A stretch of 64,000 nt of DNA from Bacteroidales bacterium (GTDB lineage: Bacteria > Bacteroidota > Bacteroidia > Bacteroidales > P3): contig JAKSMS010000002.1 in the NCBI GenBank assembly GCA_024400415.1, positions 5,679-69,678 on the forward strand, read 5' to 3'. Position numbers and translations under genes: made by a program. The notes under the pieces are model-generated. The model did no database searches, was not told the DNA's origin, and saw only the letters and a program-made list of their open reading frames with translations. Position 1 is the stretch's first letter. The number at the start of each line of letters is the position of its first letter. Of the stretch, positions 47,743 through 55,050 are shown piece after piece.

Positions 47743-48459
47743 ATGACAGATCAGCAAAAACAGGCCATCATAGTAAGTGGAAAGGAATATTTCCGCACAA
47801 CCATTATTCCAAATCATTTAAAGAACCTCCAGAAGTTGAAGCTTTCGGAGTTCAATATCAATCCGTTCCTCATCAATTACCTTGCAGCATTCCTTTGTGG
47901 CGATACTGAGCCACATTCACTTGCAAAGGCTCTTGTTTATCCACGTATTCTTGGCACCAGTTTGAACACAAGTTTCGGTCAGAATATCCAGGTATTCATT
48001 TCAAGTCTTGAAGAGATCACAGGTGGGGCATCTGGGGTTGAGGGTATTGATATAGAATTCGTTGATGCTATCGATGGCAGACGTAAATATTGCCAATGCA
48101 AGGCTGGCCCACAGACTATCAATAAGGAGGACATTGCAACAATCCTTGGTCATTTCAAGTATTTGATGAACAAGTCAAGACTTGATAGAATGGGTTTGCA
48201 GTTTGATGATTTGATTGTAGGCGTTCTATATGGCGAACGTGATAACCTATCAGCAAATTACAAAGCAATTGATGCTCATTACCCAGTGTTGTGCGGTGCT
48301 GATTTTTGGGAAAGACTGACCGGTGACAAAGAGTTCTATAATCGCTTAGCCAAGGCTTTCGGAGAAGTTGTAGAGGAAGATGGCATAGATGGCAGTACCC
48401 TCATTCTTAAGAAGGTTGACGAGATTGCTCAAGAAATAATCGATAAAGGTGGTTTGTAA
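47743..48459 (+). CDS. type II restriction endonuclease (TdeIII/Eco47II-like suspected)
   Basis: GIDIEFVDAIDGRRKYCQCKAGPQTINKED resembles the ID-x-E...K-x-G-P-x-T-x-N core of that REase group. It lies 2 nt upstream of a C5 MTase. The family call is from memory. Confidence 0.6.
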   Translation: MTDQQKQAIIVSGKEYFRTTIIPNHLKNLQKLKLSEFNINPFLINYLAAFLCGDTEPHSLAKALVYPRILGTSLNTSFGQNIQVFISSLEEITGGASGVEGIDIEFVDAIDGRRKYCQCKAGPQTINKEDIATILGHFKYLMNKSRLDRMGLQFDDLIVGVLYGERDNLSANYKAIDAHYPVLCGADFWERLTGDKEFYNRLAKAFGEVVEEDGIDGSTLILKKVDEIAQEIIDKGGL

Positions 48460-48461
48460 CA

Positions 48462-50279
48462 ATGAGATTTATTTCCGAAAATAACTTTGCGGCTTTGATG
48501 GGTACTTCAAACTCAACGGCTCAGAAATGGGCTGAGAGTGGAGTGTACCCCTCCCATGTTGTCAATGGCATAAGAGGCTTTGACATGGAGGAACTGACAG
48601 GAATTTCCGAAGTCAGTGAGATGATTAATGGTAAATGGGACGAAGAATCTCATGTCGAACCGCTTCGCCAATATACCTCTGTTGAACTCTTTGCGGGTGG
48701 TGGCGGCTTGGCACTTGGCATGTCACTTGCAGGTTTTCATCATGTTCTCCTCAACGAGTTTGATACTTCTGCCTGTAAGACGCTTCGCTCCAATCGCCCT
48801 GATTGGAATGTTATTGAGGGCGATGTTCGACATATTGACTTTACTCCTCTTCGTGACAAGGTAGACTTCCTCTCGGGAGGTTTCCCCTGCCAGGCGTTTT
48901 CTTACGCTGGTAAGCAGGGTGGCTTCAATGATACTCGTGGAACATTGTTCTTCGAGTTGGCACGTGCAGTAACAGAGATTCGACCAAAGGTCTTCATGGG
49001 CGAAAACGTTAAGGGGTTGACTTCTCACGAAGATGGTAAAACCTTCGGTACCATATGCAACGTCATTAGAGAACTCGGTTATACTCTGGTTGAACCTCGT
49101 GTGCTGAAAGCAATCATGTATCAGGTACCTCAGAAGCGTGAACGACTTATCTTGATAGCCATTCGCAACGATATTGCCGAACGTGTGCAGTTTCATTGGC
49201 CTTCGCCTTACGAACGTGTACTCACCCTTCGCGATGCGTTCTACAAGAGTATTATATTTGACAAGAATGTTCCCAAGTCAGAAGGCGTTAAATACCCGGA
49301 AAAGAAACAACGCGTATTGGAATTGGTTCCTCAAGGTGGTGACTGGCGCGACCTTCCCGAAGATGTGGCGCGTGAATACATGGGTGGCAGTTGGTTGCTT
49401 GGCGGTGGTAAGACGGGTATGGCTCGTCGTTTGTCGCTTGACGAACCCTCACTTACCCTCACTTGCGCTCCTGCACAAAAGCAGACAGAAAGATGCCATC
49501 CTCTTGAAACTCGGCCGCTTACTGTCCGTGAGTATGCACGCATCCAAACCTTCCCCGATTATTGGAAGTTCCAGGGAACCATGAGTGCAAAGTACAAACA
49601 AATTGGTAATGCTGTTCCTGTGAACCTTGCCTGGGCAATAGGGCGCTCGCTGATTCGTTTGTTTAATGATATTCAAACTGAGGTTCCCACCGAAACGCAG
49701 GATTGTGCATCTGCCGTTCGTGAGATTATGAGCAAGCAGTCTCAGTTGGTAGTGGTAAAAGACAAGAAGACACAGACGTCTGAGATAGAGACTGTCAGCA
49801 CACAACTCAACTTCTTTGACCTTTTTGAACAGTATGGAGAGAACTCGATTGTAGAAAATACGATGGTTCGGGAAGGTTTTGCAGAGTATAGGGTTAACAC
49901 AAATAATAATCAGTTGCCTCTCGACCTCACCAAGAAACTCCTTATCTGCAATGTTAAGAAGGACAATTGGGAACAGTACCTTGATGGTACAGCCAAGATT
50001 TACTATACAGGCAAGAAGTTCCCTACCACTGTTGCACTCAACAAGCTCTACTACTTCATGCCGTACCTCTCAGGCAAAGGCATCCGCGACCTATATTACA
50101 TCAAGATTGCACGTCTTGGCTACCGCAAAGAAGGTCAAAAGAACGAGGATCCAAACGACCTCCGCCTGGTTTTTGAAATAGAACGTGTTGGTCAACTCTT
50201 TGATGACTATAAGAAAGTGAAACTCGAAATCTGGCGCACGTTTACTGACACTACGATGGGGGAAATGATCAATCTTTAG
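48462..50279 (+). CDS. DNA (cytosine-5)-methyltransferase with N-terminal HTH-like module and ~190-aa C-terminal extension
   Basis: Motif I ELFAGGGGLALG, motif IV GGFPCQAFS, motif VI ENVKGL, motif VIII QKRERL, motif X QIGNAVPVNLA. The N-terminal 60 aa look like a MerR/excisionase-type HTH. Residues ~410-605 are unassigned. Confidence 0.9.
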   Translation: MRFISENNFAALMGTSNSTAQKWAESGVYPSHVVNGIRGFDMEELTGISEVSEMINGKWDEESHVEPLRQYTSVELFAGGGGLALGMSLAGFHHVLLNEFDTSACKTLRSNRPDWNVIEGDVRHIDFTPLRDKVDFLSGGFPCQAFSYAGKQGGFNDTRGTLFFELARAVTEIRPKVFMGENVKGLTSHEDGKTFGTICNVIRELGYTLVEPRVLKAIMYQVPQKRERLILIAIRNDIAERVQFHWPSPYERVLTLRDAFYKSIIFDKNVPKSEGVKYPEKKQRVLELVPQGGDWRDLPEDVAREYMGGSWLLGGGKTGMARRLSLDEPSLTLTCAPAQKQTERCHPLETRPLTVREYARIQTFPDYWKFQGTMSAKYKQIGNAVPVNLAWAIGRSLIRLFNDIQTEVPTETQDCASAVREIMSKQSQLVVVKDKKTQTSEIETVSTQLNFFDLFEQYGENSIVENTMVREGFAEYRVNTNNNQLPLDLTKKLLICNVKKDNWEQYLDGTAKIYYTGKKFPTTVALNKLYYFMPYLSGKGIRDLYYIKIARLGYRKEGQKNEDPNDLRLVFEIERVGQLFDDYKKVKLEIWRTFTDTTMGEMINL

Positions 50280-50401
50280 CCTGACCCATAAATGCGATAC
50301 TCTGATAAGGTAATTGATGGCCTGAAAAATATCCAGAAGGAGGACGTGTGTTTCTTGCTGGACGTGATTTGATTAGATATGGAATGTAATTCATTGTATA
50401 A

Positions 50402-51331
50402 ATGGGACAAAATATAGGTATTTATCCACCTAAAGTGTTTATTTCGTATACTTATGACTCTCCAGAGCATGAGAGGTGGGTAGAGAAACTTGCACGTAAT
50501 TTGTGCAATCCTGGTGGTGTTGATGTCATCTTTGACAAATGGGATGCTCGACTTGGAGACAATCTCCCTTTTTTCATGGAGCAAGGATTGTCAAATGCTC
50601 ACGTAGTATTATGTATTTGTTCGGACAAATACGTGCAAAAAGCAAATGAAGGTCTCGGAGGAGCTGGTTATGAAAAGAAAATCATGACTCAATACCTTAT
50701 GGAAAATGCTAATAAGGAGTTTGTAATTCCTATCATGGTAAACAATGTAAATAAGAAGCTCCCAACTTTTCTATTCGGTGATAAATATATTGAATTTCAC
50801 CCAAATGACTATTATGGCAGTTTTAGGGATTTACTTTATAGAATTCATGGTAAGGACAAGGAACTCAAACCTGCTATTTCTGCCAATCCATTTTCAGACA
50901 AGAGTTTCCTAAATGAGTTAGAAGAAAAGATTAACTTGTCTCGAGTGGAGTTCCAATCACAAGAAACGTCAGGCTTTGTAACATTTGATTATAAGCGTAA
51001 TAGTGGCAATTATAGTATAGGCACAAATGATTACCATTTTGATCTTTCCTTTTCTGAATGTGGATATAAGTCTATCTATGTCTATCGTGATCGTGTAAAA
51101 TATGTAGGTATTGCTAATAATAAAGCTTTTCCAACAACTGATGAAATCAAAAATGATATTGATTTCACTTCTAGATGTCGCCAAGTTTCAGTCGGTGATG
51201 TTTTTGTAGTTGTTAATAAACATGGGAAGGTTGCTGCTGTAAAGATAGTTGATATTACCAAAAAGAATGATAATTCTCAAACAGTAATATTTGAGTACCA
51301 TATATATGACGATATGACCTTGAATAATTAG
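50402..51331 (+). CDS. SEFIR/TIR-domain protein with uncharacterised C-terminal domain
   Basis: KVFISYTYDSPEHERWVEKLARNLCNPGGVDVIFDKWDARLGDNLPFFMEQGL...VVLCICSDKYVQKANEGLGGAGYEKKIM is the bacterial SEFIR/TIR pattern. The last ~150 aa are beta-rich and unassigned. Confidence 0.8.
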   Translation: MGQNIGIYPPKVFISYTYDSPEHERWVEKLARNLCNPGGVDVIFDKWDARLGDNLPFFMEQGLSNAHVVLCICSDKYVQKANEGLGGAGYEKKIMTQYLMENANKEFVIPIMVNNVNKKLPTFLFGDKYIEFHPNDYYGSFRDLLYRIHGKDKELKPAISANPFSDKSFLNELEEKINLSRVEFQSQETSGFVTFDYKRNSGNYSIGTNDYHFDLSFSECGYKSIYVYRDRVKYVGIANNKAFPTTDEIKNDIDFTSRCRQVSVGDVFVVVNKHGKVAAVKIVDITKKNDNSQTVIFEYHIYDDMTLNN

Positions 51332-51491
51332 AGAGTTCTTTCTGACAAGATTGTTGGCTGAATAGATGAACCTACTGATTTTTAGAGGAAATTCCGATTG
51401 TTAATGTGTTTGTTGTCCCCCAAATTAATCCCATAAGCTCTATTGGGAACATCAGATTACTTTGGTGGTGCCTGTTGATTTTTAGACAAAA

Positions 51492-51813
51492 TTATCCATC
51501 GTCAATTGTCAATCGCCAATCATCCCAGCCCGTTGATGTACGCCATGATGGAGTCGGCGTTTTCTTCGGTGAGTCGGATGTTTTCTTCTTTAGGTCGTTG
51601 ACCTCGTGGCTCGGGGCGTCGATCATCATGCGCTGCACGAGGCTCTAGTGGATGCCTTCGGTGAGGTAGTCGTAGGTCAAGCCGAAATGCTCGCAGCAGA
51701 TCCCATAGCCCCTAGGAAACCTGCTCCTCCACCTCCGCTTCAACGGAGAAGTCGAACCCCTCGTTGATGATGCGAGAAAGCTCGCTTCGCTCCGCGTTTA
51801 ATTCAAAATTCAT
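51492..51813 (-). pseudogene. decayed small ORF (in-frame stop plus frame changes)
   Basis: From the ATG at 51813: MNFELNAERSELSRIINEGFDFSVEAEVEEQVS-stop. Coding-like sequence then continues in other frames (GYGICCEHFGLTYDYLTEGIH-stop-SLVQRMMIDAPSHEV..., ...IRLTEENADSIMAYINGLG-stop). Confidence 0.4.
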
Positions 51814-51836
51814 AATTCAAAGTTGGTTTTGTTCGC

Positions 51837-52262
51837 TCAAGCAATTTTGAACTTCTCATTTTGAATTTGACAAAATTGTGCATTATTTGGCTTTGCCTCA
51901 TGAGGGGTCTTCACTCCGGCCTCAAAAGTGAGCTTTTGGACACTCTGTTTCACTCCGTTGTCAATCTCAATCACTTTGGGTGTTTTTAAATGGGTGTCAA
52001 ATACCTTCCTCATCCAGCTCTGGAGCCACATAGTAAGGCCACTCGGCCACGCGGAGTAGAAAAAACTCAGTTTGACGATGTTGGGCCTTTCGAAGAAGGC
52101 ATGGCGCGTGTTGATATTGGCGGCAGATGGGTTCACACCTGACGAAACCGATTGATGTCTTTTGTCGTGGTAGGATGCGAGATTGGATGTACTAAAGCGA
52201 TAGATTATGGTGTTGATGCTGTCCGCTACATGCTTAACTACGCTTGACTGAGGTAAGAGCAT
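51837..52262 (-). CDS. hypothetical protein (141 aa), possibly a gene fragment
   Basis: Only an ORF with no recognisable motif. It is the last gene of the islet and no canonical promoter is visible. Confidence 0.35.
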   Translation of the reverse strand: MLLPQSSVVKHVADSINTIIYRFSTSNLASYHDKRHQSVSSGVNPSAANINTRHAFFERPNIVKLSFFYSAWPSGLTMWLQSWMRKVFDTHLKTPKVIEIDNGVKQSVQKLTFEAGVKTPHEAKPNNAQFCQIQNEKFKIA

Positions 52263-52488
52263 CGGTTGGTTGGCTCGAAAATAACGGTTTTCGATGAATT
52301 CTGGCGGATGTGTATCTTGTTGCAGAATTGTGTCGAAAGTTGAGTTTTTGTGTGTTTTTTTCTGGTTTATTTATAAAAAGTTTGTATATTTGTATGTTGA
52401 TAATGACATAGGGTCGGCGTGTAAGAGCGTGGCCTTTATGCCGTTAGATAAATTTTGAATAATAATAACTAATATAAAAAACACAAAA

Positions 52489-52896
52489 ATGACTCCTTCA
52501 CACATCGAACACATCGGTATCGCAGTCACCAACCTTGACGAGGCTATCCGCTATTGGGAAGACGTTATGGGTTTGAAATGCTATGCCATTGAGGAAGTAA
52601 CCGACCAGAAAGTTAAGACCGCATTCCTGAAGTGCGGCGAAGTGAAAATCGAACTGCTCGAGCCTACCTGCCCTGAGAGCACCATCGCTGCCTTCATCGA
52701 GAAGAACGGCGGCAAGGGCGGCATGCACCACATGGCCTTCGCAGTTGAGAACACCGACCAGGCATTGAAAGATGCTGAGGAGAAGGGCGTGAAGCTGATC
52801 GACAAGCAGAGCCGCGGCGGCGCCGAGGGCCTGAAGATCGGTTTCCTCCATCCTAAGTCTACCATGGGTGTTTTAACCGAACTCTGCTGCAAGTGA
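52489..52896 (+). CDS. mce: methylmalonyl-CoA epimerase (VOC family)
   Basis: HIEHIGIAVTNLDEAIRYW, GGMHHMAF, typical 135-aa size, located upstream of mmd genes. Confidence 0.88.
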   Translation: MTPSHIEHIGIAVTNLDEAIRYWEDVMGLKCYAIEEVTDQKVKTAFLKCGEVKIELLEPTCPESTIAAFIEKNGGKGGMHHMAFAVENTDQALKDAEEKGVKLIDKQSRGGAEGLKIGFLHPKSTMGVLTELCCK

Positions 52897-53065
52897 GAGC
52901 AGAGCCGAAGCTCGCTTCAGGCTATGCCGAGCGCAAGCAGAGTCACGAAAGAAGTGAGTAGTTGTGCTGCAAATAAGCAATTGATTAAGCAAATGATTTA
53001 TTCGGATCGGGCGGCAGCGCGCTAAGGGCTGCAAGAAGGTCCCAAACCAACAAAAATACAATAAA

Positions 53066-54625
53066 ATGGCTTTTGAAGAAAAAATAAAAGAACTTCTTGA
53101 CAAGAGAAATCAGGCCAAGATGGGCGGCGGTCAGAAACGTATTGACAAACAGCACGAGCAGGGCAAGCTCACCGCTCGCGAGCGTATCGCCCTCCTGCTT
53201 GACGAAGGCTCATTCGAAGAGACCGACATGTTCCTGACTCATCGTTGCACCAACTTCAACATGCAGAAGGAATCATTCCTCGGCGACGGCGTGGTGACCG
53301 GTCACGGTACCATCGAAGGCCGCCTGGTGTATGTGTTCTCTTTCGACTTCACCGTTTTCGCCGGCTCACTTTCTGAGACCGTCAGCCTCAAGATCTGCAA
53401 GATCATGGATCAGGCTATGAAGGTGGGTGCCCCAGTGATCGGACTCAACGACTCTGGCGGAGCACGTATCCAGGAGGGTTGCAACTCTCTGGCCGGCTAT
53501 GCCGAGATCTTTGAGCGCAACATTATGGCCAGCGGCGTGGTGCCTCAGATCAGCGCCATCTTCGGACCTTGCGCAGGCGGTTCCGTGTACAGCCCTGCAC
53601 TGACCGACTTCATCTTCATGTCGAAGGAAAACAGCTATATGTTCCTCACCGGTCCTAAGGTTGTGAAGACCGTTACCGGCGAAGACGTTACCGTTGACAA
53701 GCTCGGCGGCGCTATGGTTCACGCTACCAAGAGCGGTGTTGCCCACTTCGTAGGCGAGACCGAGGAGGCTACCATTGAGCAGATTCGCGAGCTGATCAGC
53801 TACATCCCAAGCAACAACATGGAGGACGCTCCTGTATGCCCAACTGACGACCCAGTAGAGCGCATGGAGGACAGCCTCAACCAGATTATCCCTGACAATC
53901 CTAACATGGCTTACGACGTGAAGGACATCATCCGCGCTATCGTTGATGACGGCCGCTTCATGGAGGTTCACGAGAAGTTTGCTCCAAACATCGTTGTAGG
54001 CTTTGCCCACATGGGCGGCACCAGCGTAGGCGTGGTGGCCAACCAGCCTAAGGCCATGGCCGGCGTGCTCGACTGCAACGCTAGCCGCAAGGGCGCCCGC
54101 TTCGTGCGCTTCTGCGACGCTTTCAATATTCCTATCGTGACCCTCGTTGACGTTCCAGGCTTCCTCCCAGGCACTGGCCAGGAGTATGCAGGCGTTATCG
54201 ACCACGGTGCAAAACTGCTCTTCGCTTACGGCGAGGCTACTGTGCCTAAGGTTACCGTTACCCTCCGCAAGAGCTACGGCGGAAGCCACATCGTGATGGG
54301 CTGCAAGCAGCTGCGCAACGACGTGAACTATGCTTGGCCAACCGCTCAGATCGCAGTTATGGGCGCCAGCGGCGCTACCGAGGTGCTTCACGGCCGTGCA
54401 CTGAAAGAGATCACCGATCCAGAGGAGAAGGCTAAGTTCATCGCCGAGAAGGAGAAGGAGTACAACGACCAGTTCTGCAATCCTTACAACGCTGCCAAGT
54501 ATGGCTATATCGACGACGTGATCGAGCCACGCAACACCCGTTTCCGCGTGATCCGTGCCCTCCGCACCCTCGCCACCAAGAAGGATTCTATGCCTATGAA
54601 GAAGCATAGCAACATCCCACTGTAA
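53066..54625 (+). CDS. mmdA: methylmalonyl-CoA decarboxylase alpha subunit / acyl-CoA carboxyltransferase
   Basis: Carboxyl_trans family blocks ([41 protein letters not shown]). 519 aa. Confidence 0.9.
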   Translation: MAFEEKIKELLDKRNQAKMGGGQKRIDKQHEQGKLTARERIALLLDEGSFEETDMFLTHRCTNFNMQKESFLGDGVVTGHGTIEGRLVYVFSFDFTVFAGSLSETVSLKICKIMDQAMKVGAPVIGLNDSGGARIQEGCNSLAGYAEIFERNIMASGVVPQISAIFGPCAGGSVYSPALTDFIFMSKENSYMFLTGPKVVKTVTGEDVTVDKLGGAMVHATKSGVAHFVGETEEATIEQIRELISYIPSNNMEDAPVCPTDDPVERMEDSLNQIIPDNPNMAYDVKDIIRAIVDDGRFMEVHEKFAPNIVVGFAHMGGTSVGVVANQPKAMAGVLDCNASRKGARFVRFCDAFNIPIVTLVDVPGFLPGTGQEYAGVIDHGAKLLFAYGEATVPKVTVTLRKSYGGSHIVMGCKQLRNDVNYAWPTAQIAVMGASGATEVLHGRALKEITDPEEKAKFIAEKEKEYNDQFCNPYNAAKYGYIDDVIEPRNTRFRVIRALRTLATKKDSMPMKKHSNIPL

Positions 54626-54697
54626 AATAAAGAAATTATTAATAAACCAATTCAATAACCAGGCCGACATGATTTCGGCCACAAAAAAACATCAATT

Positions 54698-54952
54698 ATG
54701 AAGAAAGTATTTTTGACCGCTATGATTGCAGCTGCATTCGCATTTGGTATGACCGCTTGCGGTGGCAACGCTACCGAGGAGACTACCGACACCACCGCTA
54801 CCGAGTGCTGCGAAGAGGCACACGAGTGCTGCGCACACGAAGGTGACAGCTGCTGCCATCACGAGGGCGAAGAGTGCTGCGGTAACCACGAGGGTTGCGA
54901 GCACCAGTGCGACGGCAACCACGAAGGCTGCCAGCACGAGTGCCAGAAATAA
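54698..54952 (+). CDS. Cys/His/Glu-rich small lipoprotein (possible metal binding)
   Basis: Lipobox AFAFGMTAC. Mature part is ...ECCEEAHECCAHEGDSCCHHEGEECCGNHEGCEHQCDGNHEGCQHECQK. Confidence 0.7.
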   Translation: MKKVFLTAMIAAAFAFGMTACGGNATEETTDTTATECCEEAHECCAHEGDSCCHHEGEECCGNHEGCEHQCDGNHEGCQHECQK

Positions 54953-54969
54953 GCACACGCTCCGGTAAC

Positions 54970-55008
54970 GATATTGTTTTGCGGGATTCGTTCCCGCAAG
55001 ACAATATC
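54970..55008 (+). other. 17-bp intra-operon stem-loop
   Basis: GATATTGTTTTGCGGGA ttcgt TCCCGCAAGACAATATC (one mismatch). No T-run follows. Confidence 0.6.
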
Positions 55009-55050
55009 TTAATAGCTCAAATATTCTAAGAATTGATCCTTATTAATAAT

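Larger units (their letters stand above)
46698..52300. other. AT-rich accessory (defence-type) islet
   Basis: Visible drop in GC and change of codon style relative to dxs and mce. Gene content is R-M, SEFIR/TIR, an unknown ORF and decayed ORFs. Confidence 0.6.

Noticed and set aside
50402-51331. Thoeris system (ThsB-like TIR).
   Set aside because: No ThsA (SIR2/Macro-SLOG) gene exists in the islet or elsewhere in the window, so it cannot be called Thoeris.
51406-51648. 80-aa plus-strand ORF.
   Set aside because: It is antisense to the decayed minus-strand gene and has no promoter or motif.
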